A DNA stretch of 64,000 nucleotides from assembly GCA_964016885.1 (NCBI GenBank), contig OZ024740.1, forward strand, positions 227,292,001 through 227,356,000. The letters are read 5' to 3'. Shown in pieces: positions 1-11,983 of this stretch (positions are counted from its first letter, which is position 1; each line of letters starts with the position of its first letter). Origin of the DNA: Eledone cirrhosa (taxonomy: Eukaryota). A program made the position numbers and the translations under genes. The notes beneath the pieces were generated by a model. That model was not told where the DNA came from. It searched no databases and saw only the letters and a list, made by a program, of their open reading frames with translations.

Positions 1-785
1 ATCAGGTGATTGTCACGTTTTTTGAAGTTAGTGTTACAGATAGTTAGGTTATTTGCATCACAGAATTCCAGGATTCTGGAGCCTTCCTCATTTCTAGTAC
101 CAAACCCATAGCCTCCATGGATTTCGTCGTAGCCGTCACAATGTTGTCCAACGTGACCATTTAGGTCGCCTGCGATAATTATATAGTCACTGTCGGATAT
201 TTGGGAGGTAGTTAGCATCAGTGTCTCATAGAATCTGTCTTTTATAGTGCCGGGCAGTCCGGATTGGGGTGCGTACGCAGATATTACTGTCACCGTAGTT
301 CTATTGAGGACAAGTCGTATTTTAATTATTCTGTCGTTCACTCTATTTACGTCTATTATCTTATCTGCCCACTTTTCTGCTACCATGATTCCTACTCCAC
401 CCAGCCCATCGTCGTTTCCCACCCAGAAAAGCTTATAACAACGTTTTTTACCCTCAATGAACCTAGCAGACCCACCCCTCCACCTGGTCTCTTGAATACA
501 ACAAACATCGACCTCCTTACGTTCAAGCATTTCTACAACCTCGTTAGCGCGACCCTTTAGGGTGCCTACATTTATGGTACCAACTCTGAAGTTTTGGATT
601 GCGTTTGGGGGTTGGGGGCGGTGAGGGGCGGGGGGCGATGGTGTTATGTTAGCCGTCCGCGGTCGAAACAATGAGGAGTGCTCGCATTCTCGTCCAAGGG
701 GTGAATTTGTCTTTATCTTTGGCATTGTCGCTGAGCGTCCAGATTTTTCTCTCTCACCTCCACTCTCCAGGATTCCGCAGTCCAT
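1..785 (-). CDS. RTE-clade LINE ORF, N-terminal apurinic-type endonuclease (APE) domain; continues beyond window start
   Basis: Manual translation, open from ATG 785 (second ATG 725) to position 1: FRVGTINVGTL...DVCCIQETRW...GVGIMV...VISAYAPQ...IIAGDLNGHVG...RNEEGSRILEFC...ICNTNF. It is absent from the ORF track because there is no stop inside the window. Confidence 0.93.
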   Translation of the reverse strand, partial: MDCGILESGGEREKSGRSATMPKIKTNSPLGRECEHSSLFRPRTANITPSPPAPHRPQPPNAIQNFRVGTINVGTLKGRANEVVEMLERKEVDVCCIQETRWRGGSARFIEGKKRCYKLFWVGNDDGLGGVGIMVAEKWADKIIDVNRVNDRIIKIRLVLNRTTVTVISAYAPQSGLPGTIKDRFYETLMLTTSQISDSDYIIIAGDLNGHVGQHCDGYDEIHGGYGFGTRNEEGSRILEFCDANNLTICNTNFKKRDNHL

Positions 786-850
786 CCATCCATCATATAT
801 CGTATATCGAAAGGCAACCAGGCAAGCGATAGTATAGGCCTCTGGTTTCT

Positions 851-912
851 GATTGGTCCGCGTAATAATACTGGTGATACGTGGGGGCTGTTTTATGATT
901 GGTCCACGTAAT
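851..912 (-). promoter_or_regulatory. Duplicated ATTACG(C/T)GGACCAATC motif (CCAAT boxes) in the unique LINE leader
   Basis: GATTGGTCCGCGTAAT at 851 and GATTGGTCCACGTAAT at 897 on the + strand. Confidence 0.35.
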
Positions 913-944
913 AGCAATGGTGGTGTGTGGGGAGGGGTGTTGGG

Positions 945-3900
945 TAGCTAGCAAGAAGGTAATGATTGAGATTTGTCTATGCATTTAACAAGCGATTAAC
1001 AAAAATACAAAATTTGTTCAGTTAAATACGTCCAAAAACCTAAACGTATTTAGCACTTAATAGGAACAGAAAATGTAGTTTGTTTTAGCGATAGAATGGC
1101 TATTTGGACTTGAAATACGAAATGAGAGAGAGAGAGGAGAGAGAGATGAAGTCTGTACCTTATGTTTACATGATTTTCTTTCGGACAGCAGGCAAAGAAA
1201 TGAAATTTGGCGAAGTGAATTCCTATCATATATTTATAGGGAGAGAGAGAGAGAGAGAGAGAGTGCGAGGGTAGGGGGCCACATGATGGCTGTGGGTGTT
1301 AGGCGTTTGACCGCCCCGTGCCTTCGAAGAAGGAAGAAGGAAAGGGTTTTGCTTTTTTGGGGGTTTGAAAATACGTTAGGAATTAAGGTTTGAAAATAGC
1401 TAGCAAGAAGGTAATGATTGAGATTTGTCTATGCATTTAACAAGCGATTAACAAAAATACAAAATTTGTTCAGTTAAATACGTCCAAAAACCTAAACGTA
1501 TTTAGCACTTAATAGGAACAGAAAATGTAGTTTGTTTTAGCGATAGAATGGCTATTTGGACTTGAAATACGAAATGAGAGAGAGAGAGGAGAGAGAGATG
1601 AAGTCTGTACCTTATGTTTACATGATTTTCTTTCGGACAGCAGGCAAAGAAATGAAATTTGGCGAAGTGAATTCCTATCATATATTTATAGGGAGAGAGA
1701 GAGAGAGAGAGAGAGTGCGAGGGTAGGGGGCCACATGATGGCTGTGGGTGTTAGGCGTTTGACCGCCCCGTGCCTTCGAAGAAGGAAGAAGGAAAGGGTT
1801 TTGCTTTTTTGGGGGTTTGAAAATACGTTAGGAATTAAGGTTTGAAAATAGCTAGCAAGAAGGTAATGATTGAGATTTGTCTATGCATTTAACAAGCGAT
1901 TAACAAAAATACAAAATTTGTTCAGTTAAATACGTCCAAAAACCTAAACGTATTTAGCACTTAATAGGAACAGAAAATGTAGTTTGTTTTAGCGATAGAA
2001 TGGCTATTTGGACTTGAAATACGAAATGAGAGAGAGAGAGGAGAGAGAGATGAAGTCTGTACCTTATGTTTACATGATTTTCTTTCGGACAGCAGGCAAA
2101 GAAATGAAATTTGGCGAAGTGAATTCCTATCATATATTTATAGGGAGAGAGAGAGAGAGAGAGAGAGTGCGAGGGTAGGGGGCCACATGATGGCTGTGGG
2201 TGTTAGGCGTTTGACCGCCCCGTGCCTTCGAAGAAGGAAGAAGGAAAGGGTTTTGCTTTTTTGGGGGTTTGAAAATACGTTAGGAATTAAGGTTTGAAAA
2301 TAGCTAGCAAGAAGGTAATGATTGAGATTTGTCTATGCATTTAACAAGCGATTAACAAAAATACAAAATTTGTTCAGTTAAATACGTCCAAAAACCTAAA
2401 CGTATTTAGCACTTAATAGGAACAGAAAATGTAGTTTGTTTTAGCGATAGAATGGCTATTTGGACTTGAAATACGAAATGAGAGAGAGAGAGGAGAGAGA
2501 GATGAAGTCTGTACCTTATGTTTACATGATTTTCTTTCGGACAGCAGGCAAAGAAATGAAATTTGGCGAAGTGAATTCCTATCATATATTTATAGGGAGA
2601 GAGAGAGAGAGAGAGAGAGTGCGAGGGTAGGGGGCCACATGATGGCTGTGGGTGTTAGGCGTTTGACCGCCCCGTGCCTTCGAAGAAGGAAGAAGGAAAG
2701 GGTTTTGCTTTTTTGGGGGTTTGAAAATACGTTAGGAATTAAGGTTTGAAAATAGCTAGCAAGAAGGTAATGATTGAGATTTGTCTATGCATTTAACAAG
2801 CGATTAACAAAAATACAAAATTTGTTCAGTTAAATACGTCCAAAAACCTAAACGTATTTAGCACTTAATAGGAACAGAAAATGTAGTTTGTTTTAGCGAT
2901 AGAATGGCTATTTGGACTTGAAATACGAAATGAGAGAGAGAGAGGAGAGAGAGATGAAGTCTGTACCTTATGTTTACATGATTTTCTTTCGGACAGCAGG
3001 CAAAGAAATGAAATTTGGCGAAGTGAATTCCTATCATATATTTATAGGGAGAGAGAGAGAGAGAGAGAGAGTGCGAGGGTAGGGGGCCACATGATGGCTG
3101 TGGGTGTTAGGCGTTTGACCGCCCCGTGCCTTCGAAGAAGGAAGAAGGAAAGGGTTTTGCTTTTTTGGGGGTTTGAAAATACGTTAGGAATTAAGGTTTG
3201 AAAATAGCTAGCAAGAAGGTAATGATTGAGATTTGTCTATGCATTTAACAAGCGATTAACAAAAATACAAAATTTGTTCAGTTAAATACGTCCAAAAACC
3301 TAAACGTATTTAGCACTTAATAGGAACAGAAAATGTAGTTTGTTTTAGCGATAGAATGGCTATTTGGACTTGAAATACGAAATGAGAGAGAGAGAGGAGA
3401 GAGAGATGAAGTCTGTACCTTATGTTTACATGATTTTCTTTCGGACAGCAGGCAAAGAAATGAAATTTGGCGAAGTGAATTCCTATCATATATTTATAGG
3501 GAGAGAGAGAGAGAGAGAGAGAGTGCGAGGGTAGGGGGCCACATGATGGCTGTGGGTGTTAGGCGTTTGACCGCCCCGTGCCTTCGAAGAAGGAAGAAGG
3601 AAAGGGTTTTGCTTTTTTGGGGGTTTGAAAATACGTTAGGAATTAAGGTTTGAAAATAGCTAGCAAGAAGGTAATGATTGAGATTTGTCTATGCATTTAA
3701 CAAGCGATTAACAAAAATACAAAATTTGTTCAGTTAAATACGTCCAAAAACCTAAACGTATTTAGCACTTAATAGGAACAGAAAATGTAGTTTGTTTTAG
3801 CGATAGAATGGCTATTTGGACTTGAAATACGAAATGAGAGAGAGAGAGGAGAGAGAGATGAAGTCTGTACCTTATGTTTACATGATTTTCTTTCGGACAG

Positions 3901-5737
3901 CAGGCAAAGAAATGAAATTTGGCGAAGTGAATTCCTATCATATATTTATAGGGAGAGAGAGAGAGAGAGAGAGAGTGCGAGGGTAGGGGGCCACATGATG
4001 GCTGTGGGTGTTAGGCGTTTGACCGCCCCGTGCCTTCGAAGAAGGAAGAAGGAAAGGGTTTTGCTTTTTTGGGGGTTTGAAAATACGTTAGGAATTAAGG
4101 TTTGAAAATAGCTAGCAAGAAGGTAATGATTGAGATTTGTCTATGCATTTAACAAGCGATTAACAAAAATACAAAATTTGTTCAGTTAAATACGTCCAAA
4201 AACCTAAACGTATTTAGCACTTAATAGGAACAGAAAATGTAGTTTGTTTTAGCGATAGAATGGCTATTTGGACTTGAAATACGAAATGAGAGAGAGAGAG
4301 GAGAGAGAGATGAAGTCTGTACCTTATGTTTACATGATTTTCTTTCGGACAGCAGGCAAAGAAATGAAATTTGGCGAAGTGAATTCCTATCATATTTATA
4401 GGGAGAGAGAGAGAGAGAGAGAGAGTGCGAGGGTAGGGGGCCACATGATGGCTGTGGGTGTTAGGCGTTTGACCGCCCCGTGCCTTCGAAGAAGGAAGAA
4501 GGAAAGGGTTTTGCTTTTTTGGGGGTTTGAAAATAGCTAGCAAGAAGGTAATGATTGAGATTTGTCTATGCATTTAACAAGCGATTAACAAAAATACAAA
4601 ATTTGTTCAGTTAAATACGTCCAAAAACCTAAACGTATTTAGCACTTAATAGGAACAGAAAATGTAGTTTGTTTTAGCGATAGAATGGCTATTTGGACTT
4701 GAAATACGAAATGAGAGAGAGAGAGGAGAGAGAGATGAAGTCTGTACCTTATGTTTACATGATTTTCTTTCGGACAGCAGGCAAAGAAATGAAATTTGGC
4801 GAAGTGAATTCCTATCATATATTTATAGGGAGAGAGAGAGAGAGAGAGAGAGTGCGAGGGTAGGGGGCCACATGATGGCTGTGGGTGTTAGGCGTTTGAC
4901 CGCCCCGTGCCTTCGAAGAAGGAAGAAGGAAGAAGGAAAGGGTTTTGCTTTTTTGGGGGTTTGAAAATACGTTAGGAATTAAGGTTTGAAAATAGCTAGC
5001 AAGAAGGTAATGATTGAGATTTGTCTATGCATTTAACAAGCGATTAACAAAAATACAAAATTTGTTCAGTTAAATACGTCCAAAAACCTAAACGTATTTA
5101 GCACTTAATAGGAACAGAAAATGTAGTTTGTTTTAGCGATAGAATGGCTATTTGGACTTGAAATACGAAATGAGAGAGAGAGAGGAGAGAGAGATGAAGT
5201 CTGTACCTTATGTTTACATGATTTTCTTTCGGACAGCAGGCAAAGAAATGAAATTTGGCGAAGTGAATTCCTATCATATATTTATAGGGAGAGAGAGAGA
5301 GAGAGAGAGAGTGCGAGGGTAGGGGGCCACATGATGGCTGTGGGTGTTAGGCGTTTGACCGCCCCGTGCCTTCGAAGAAGGAAGAAGGAAAGGGTTTTGC
5401 TTTTTTGGGGGTTTGAAAATACGTTAGGAATTAAGGTTTGAAAATAGCTAGCAAGAAGGTAATGATTGAGATTTGTCTATGCATTTAACAAGCGATTAAC
5501 AAAAATACAAAATTTGTTCAGTTAAATACGTCCAAAAACCTAAACGTATTTAGCACTTAATAGGAACAGAAAATGTAGTTTGTTTTAGCGATAGAATGGC
5601 TATTTGGACTTGAAATACGAAATGAGAGAGAGAGTGGAGAGAGAGATGAAGTCTGTACCTTATGTTTACATGATTTTCTTTCGGACAGCAGGCAAAGAAA
5701 TGAAATTTGGCGAAGTGAATTCCTATCATATATTTAT

Positions 5738-5771
<34 letters not shown>

Positions 5772-7068
5772 CGAGGGTAGGGGGCCACATGATGGCTGTG
5801 GGTGTTAGGCGTTTGACCGCCCCGTGCCTTCGAAGAAGGAAGAAGGAAAGGGTTTTGCTTTTTTGGGGGTTTGAAAATACGTTAGGAATTAAGGTTTGAA
5901 AATAGCTAGCAAGAAGGTAATGATTGAGATTTGTCTATGCATTTAACAAGCGATTAACAAAAATACAAAATTTGTTCAGTTAAATACGTCCAAAAACCTA
6001 AACGTATTTAGCACTTAATAGGAACAGAAAATGTAGTTTGTTTTAGCGATAGAATGGCTATTTGGACTTGAAATACGAAATGAGAGAGAGAGAGGAGAGA
6101 GAGATGAAGTCTGTACCTTATGTTTACATGATTTTCTTTCGGACAGCAGGCAAAGAAATGAAATTTGGCGAAGTGAATTCCTATCATATATTTATAGGGA
6201 GAGAGAGAGAGAGAGAGAGAGTGCGAGGGTAGGGGGCCACATGATGGCTGTGGGTGTTAGGCGTTTGACCGCCCCGTGCCTTCGAAGAAGGAAGAAGGAA
6301 AGGGTTTTGCTTTTTTGGGGGTTTGAAAATACGTTAGGAATTAAGGTTTGAAAATAGCTAGCAAGAAGGTAATGATTGAGATTTGTCTATGCATTTAACA
6401 AGCGATTAACAAAAATACAAAATTTGTTCAGTTAAATACGTCCAAAAACCTAAACGTATTTAGCACTTAATAGGAACAGAAAATGTAGTTTGTTTTAGCG
6501 ATAGAATGGCTATTTGGACTTGAAATACGAAATGAGAGAGAGAGAGGAGAGAGAGATGAAGTCTGTACCTTATGTTTACATGATTTTCTTTCGGACAGCA
6601 GGCAAAGAAATGAAATTTGGCGAAGTGAATTCCTATCATATATTTATAGGGAGAGAGAGAGAGAGAGAGAGAGAGTGCGAGGGTAGGGGGCCACATGATG
6701 GCTGTGGGTGTTAGGCGTTTGACCGCCCCGTGCCTTCGAAGAAGGAAGAAGGAAAGGGTTTTGCTTTTTTGGGGGTTTGAAAATACGTTAGGAATTAAGG
6801 TTTGAAAATAGCTAGCAAGAAGGTAATGATTGAGATTTGTCTATGCATTTAACAAGCGATTAACAAAAATACAAAATTTGTTCAGTTAAATACGTCCAAA
6901 AACCTAAACGTATTTAGCACTTAATAGGAACAGAAAATGTAGTTTGTTTTAGCGATAGAATGGCTATTTGGACTTGAAATACGAAATGAGAGAGAGAGAG
7001 GAGAGAGAGATGAAGTCTGTACCTTATGTTTACATGATTTTCTTTCGGACAGCAGGCAAAGAAATGAA

Positions 7069-7072
<4 letters not shown>
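945..7072 (-). repeat. Tandem array of 452-bp monomers (13 full + 1 partial) abutting the LINE 5' region
   Basis: Unit starts (TAGCTAGCAAGAAGG) at 945, 1397, 1849, 2301, 2753, 3205, 3657, 4109, 4534, 4993, 5445, 5903, 6355, 6809. The last unit ends at 7072 against (TA)n. Confidence 0.98.
1208..1317 (-). promoter_or_regulatory. Candidate Pol II core promoter repeated in every monomer (first-unit coordinates)
   Basis: Minus-strand order: GGGGCGG GC box (1317-1311), CATGTG E-box, (CT)n/GAGA tract, TATAAATA (1238-1231), C/A initiator with +1 at 1208. Confidence 0.55.
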
Positions 7073-7104
<32 letters not shown>

Positions 7105-7162
7105 CTTAATAGAGATGCTAGCCGTAGCTGCAACTTCGATTTTACTCACTATCATTGTTATA

Positions 7163-7199
<37 letters not shown>

Positions 7200-7200
<1 letters not shown>

Positions 7201-7390
7201 CGAAGGAAATGTGGTAAGGAACCAGGTGGACCATAACACACCAAAGTACTCAATACTTAGGGTAGTAGAGTGGGTAATAGGAATGAGTAGGACCCCGACG
7301 GCTGAGCTCAAGCCGTTTCGACGGCTAATTCTGGTCCAAAATTAGCCGTCGAAACGGCTTGAGCTCAGCCGCCGGGGTCCTACTCGTTCC

Positions 7391-7393
<3 letters not shown>
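7200..7393. mobile_element. Penelope-like element remnant with a 54-bp-arm hairpin containing a hammerhead 3' half
   Basis: Arms 7277-7330 and 7340-7393, GAAACGGCT-TGAGCTC-AGCCGTC motif, flanked by (TA)n. Confidence 0.6.
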
Positions 7394-7434
<41 letters not shown>

Positions 7435-8005
7435 TATATCCAAAATTAACATATTAAATTAAATTAAATTAAATTAAGGGTGTCATGCCAGATGGACATG
7501 CGCCATGTTGATTGATATATATATATATATATATATATATACAGGATAACAGGTTATCGTTATAGGCAGTCCACTTAGATGTAGTCCAGTTGGAGTATTT
7601 CGTGTAGTGGATAGTATTAACATGTGGCTTATTTTGACTCAACAAGACGTTTCCATAGTGATGCTGCGAGTTCGCGGAGATTTCTATGTAGTTTATACTT
7701 GGAGTAATAATAATTTAAGAAAGAAGAAGTCCTTATTTGATAGCGAACCATGTCACTCTTCTTTCTTGAATTATATATATATATATATACATACATACAT
7801 AGAAGGTGAGTGATAAGAGAATTTGATTCACAATCGTGAGGTTGTGAGTTTGATTCCTTGTCCGGGTGATGCGTTATGTCCTTGAGCAAGACACTTTATT
7901 TCATGCTGTTCCTTCTACCTGGAGTTGCGACCGATATAAAGTAATAGCAATTGGAAAGACCAACGGAAACATTGTTTCCTCGGTCCAATTTGACAAAAGT
8001 CGATC

Positions 8006-8041
<36 letters not shown>

Positions 8042-8632
8042 TAAATTGGACAGCAAGTCAAAGAACTTACATAGATGGTAAAAATTCTGATTATTCCCAA
8101 ATCAGATAGCAAGCCAAAGAACTTACTTAAAAATGGTAAAAATCTGTAATTTCAATATTTGTATACAGCTGTTTCATGAGTGCAAGAGAAATGGAAGAAC
8201 CAAGAGGTGAAACACTCAATCATCATTAGAAATCCATTTTACTAAATACATAATAGACAACCATTCACCATGGATTCAAAATAGTATCTGAACGCACATG
8301 GTGAGGAATATACTAATAGTATGCAGTTACAGGCAGGCCAATGGGAATGCTAGAAATAACTGTGTGTTTGGTCTTAAATGAATCAGCTCTACTAAAATTT
8401 AATCTTACGAGTAGAAGTACATATATTAAAATATTGTAAAATTAATATGTAAAATTATTAATGATATTAATCATATACCCCTCTTATTTCTCATCACATG
8501 CTTTAGACTCACTTTCTTCCTTTCTCTCCAGTGCTCCGTTCAATATGAGTTTATATCTTAACCCAACTTTTTACTATACATATAGTATCCAGCTGCCCTT
8601 CATGCTAAGAATACTACAATTTCATGAAAATC

Positions 8633-8686
<54 letters not shown>

Positions 8687-8959
8687 ATCTGAGGTGTAGA
8701 ATGATAACTACATACTAATTTATTTTGACTAGTGTCCACATCTTGGATGCTATAATAAGCATTAAACTAATATATTTCTTCATTATACTCTGTCATTTGC
8801 CTTGTTATTTCTGTTTACTTTTTTCATATATATATGTGTGTGTGTACACATACACACTTATTTATGAGCATGTTTCTGTCCGTGTCTCTATTTATATTTC
8901 TGTCTGTGTTTATGTCTCATAACTTAGCATATAGACAGTATGCCCCCACCACACTCCCA

Positions 8960-9220
8960 CTGTAAAGTGGTCATGTAGATATCGCAACAAAAAAGCACCC
9001 AGTCCACACTGTAGAGTGGTCATGTAGGTAAAAAAGCACCCAGTACTCACTGTAAGTGAAGTTGATGTTAGGAAGGGCATCCAGCTGTAGAAATCAAGCC
9101 AAAATCAGTTCTATATGAGCAAGACATGGTCACCTGACCTGGCATTGCCCACAACAGGACAACACATCTAACCCATGCTAGCGAGGAAGAATGAACATAA
9201 AACGGTGGTGATGATGATGA
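8960..9220 (+). mobile_element. SINE family B, 3' portion
   Basis: TTAGGAAGGGCATCCAGCTGTAGAAA body, AACCCATGCTAGC tail and (GAT)n end. Confidence 0.75.
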
Positions 9221-10684
9221 ACTTAGCAGTTCAACAAAAAGAGTTTGATTAAATAAGTACCAAACTCGCCAGAACAATTGATGGGCTTGATATGATCATG
9301 TAAAATTCAAGTTGGTGCCCAACCATGGCCACAGTGGATTGACTGAAACAAGTATAAGTAACTTAACACTTTGGAGTACACCTTTCACTTGGATTCCTGC
9401 ATGTTGTTGACTTTGTTGCATTGAGCTTTCTTCACCTTACCAAAATAAGAGTGGAATAATCCACTCTCATTTTATATATGTGTGTATGTATATATGTATG
9501 TGTATGTATGTGTGTTTGTATGTGTGTTTTTGTGTGTGTGCATATGTATGTATGTGTGCTTGGTACATTTAGAAAAACTGATAGTATATGTGTAAACTAA
9601 TGACAACATAAGCAAAATCCTACATATACATATATTCAATGTACAACACACATATATGTTTTTCTTACATTAATGGCTGTTGGTGTTTTTTGATTTTTCA
9701 TTATATTATAATTTAATTATAAGAAGGGAAATAATATCTGCTACTCTGTTCTACATCTAAAAACTTACACAAACATTCTTATCATCACAGAATTTATATT
9801 CATTTTCCAGACTCAATAATACCACCTTTTCTTGGTTCCTATATTGCATACATTCATCTTTGAAAGGAATGATCTAACTACATCTTCTTAAGTATGGCCT
9901 ATATTCACTCACCTCTGTCAAAGCTAATATCCTGAATTAGTTTACAAGATTTCCTTTTTTTACATATCACCTTACACATCCATATCAAAGGGGTCAGTTA
10001 TCTTTATTGCACATGCCAAACACCTCTAGTATGCAGTCACACTTCTTTATCTTATTTGCATTCATTTCTATGTGTCTTCTAGTTTCATAATCCATATCCA
10101 AACAAACCTTACTTCAGTTTTCTCTCAGTAAACAGTTTGGCGTTATAGTCTATTTTTCATTTACATAACACATATAACATATATAATATCAGTTGCAAGG
10201 TGTGAACAAGATTATCATCCTTTAATCATACTTTTTCAATTACAACATACATGTATATCACTGCAATTTTACAATTTTGAAAGTGACTCGGTCTTATATC
10301 ATTTAATCATATGACTTAACTGTACTTAATAGATACTGAGCACTCATTTAAACTTGGTCTTCCTAACTCTTGAACTAAGAAAACCCAATATATATATATA
10401 CACACATATATATATATGCAAAAGTTCTATTTAAATTGTTGGGATACAACAAGCAAATATTTTTATAACTGATATAAAGCACTCAACAAGTATTTGGAGT
10501 AAACATACGATATTAACAAATGGAAACTATATTTATAAAACCATATTTATTTCATTATACATATTTCAAGGACACCAAGTTAAATTATGGTGTGCTTTCG
10601 TCAGACAAAATATAATATAGATCAGTTTTATAAATAAATATTGACATACCCTTAAAAAATGCAACCATTACAAGTCAAAATTGG

Positions 10685-10722
<38 letters not shown>

Positions 10723-11236
10723 CCAATTTTGACTTGTATTCCCTCCCCTCACCTAAAAAAAGGGTGATTTGGGCTTAGATTTAATATTCTTTTATAATAT
10801 ATGTATGTATATATATATTCAATAATATGAATATATACCTGTGTAGTTACCTGTCTTATATAAGATTATCAATGTCTTATATGTCTTGCCCTTTGTTGTT
10901 GACCAATGTATGATAACCGATCTCATTTCCAATCCATTTCTATTAAATCTTATTGATAGTTCAACATTCTACATTCCCTTCAACATATTCATTTCATTCC
11001 CTTCTCTTCGCTAAATCAATTTAATTAACTAAAATCAACAACAGATCCCAGGCAATACAACAGAGGTAATAATTTCCCATATTGATATTGATGAATGCAA
11101 ATCTCCAGGCAAAATTTAAAATTTTTTAAAACCAACACAGAAATTCAGATAGGAAATGCTAATATTGATATAAATTTTCAGAAAGTACTAAATTTTTTCT
11201 TTTATTTATTGATAAAATATATTTTAAACAGAGAAA

Positions 11237-11256
11237 ATAACAACAACAACAGCAGC

Positions 11257-11290
<34 letters not shown>

Positions 11291-11292
11291 GC

Positions 11293-11325
<33 letters not shown>

Positions 11326-11346
11326 AATAATAATAATAATAATAAT
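11237..11346. repeat. (AAC)n/(AAT)n microsatellite
   Basis: Direct reading. Confidence 0.95.
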
Positions 11347-11559
11347 GTATTAACTGGCTTACCAATGCACACTGTGAATTTATTTGCCCTAGGTGTCAGG
11401 AAGACACTCGGCATATATCTCAGAAACAATAATGAAAGAAAATAATAATAACAATAATAATAATATCTGAAGCTGCAGGTAGCGGCTTGATATTCATTTC
11501 AACAAACTTTCCAGTTAAATAACATCAATGACTGCGACTCAAGGAACAATAATAATAAT

Positions 11560-11930
11560 AATTGTTTCTACTTTAGGCACAAGGCCAGTAATTACCCAGT
11601 GCATTACTGGTACTTTATTTTATCGACCCTGTAAGGATGAAAGGCAAAGTCAACCTCGGCGGGATTTGAACTCAGATCGTAAAGGGACGTAACTATGCTG
11701 GAAAGCATGGCGTCCGACCCTCTAATAATAATAATAATAATTATTATTTCTACTTTTTGGCACAAGGCCAGCAATTACCCAGTGCATTACTGGTACTTTA
11801 TTTTATCGACCCTGTAAGGATGAAAGGCAAAGTCAACCTCGGCGGGATTTGAACTCAGATCGTAAAGGGACGTAACTATGCTGGAAAGCATGGCGTCCGA
11901 CCCTCTACCGATACTGCCAATCCAACGTCC
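11560..11930 (-). mobile_element. Two tandem copies of tRNA-derived SINE family A
   Basis: 11560-11724 (5' truncated) and about 11745-11930, separated by (AAT)n. A box TGGCAGTATCGG, B box GAGTTCAAATCC. Confidence 0.9.
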
Positions 11931-11948
11931 ATAATAATAATAATAATA

Positions 11949-11983
<35 letters not shown>

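Noticed and set aside
247-837. Plus-strand ORFs
   Set aside because: Antisense shadows of the minus-strand endonuclease ORF.
945-7072. CRISPR-like or protein-coding interpretation of the array (ORFs 4214-4573, 4268-4540, 6460-6714)
   Set aside because: Units are contiguous with no unique spacers. The ORFs appear only where indels shift frames and have no recognisable domain.
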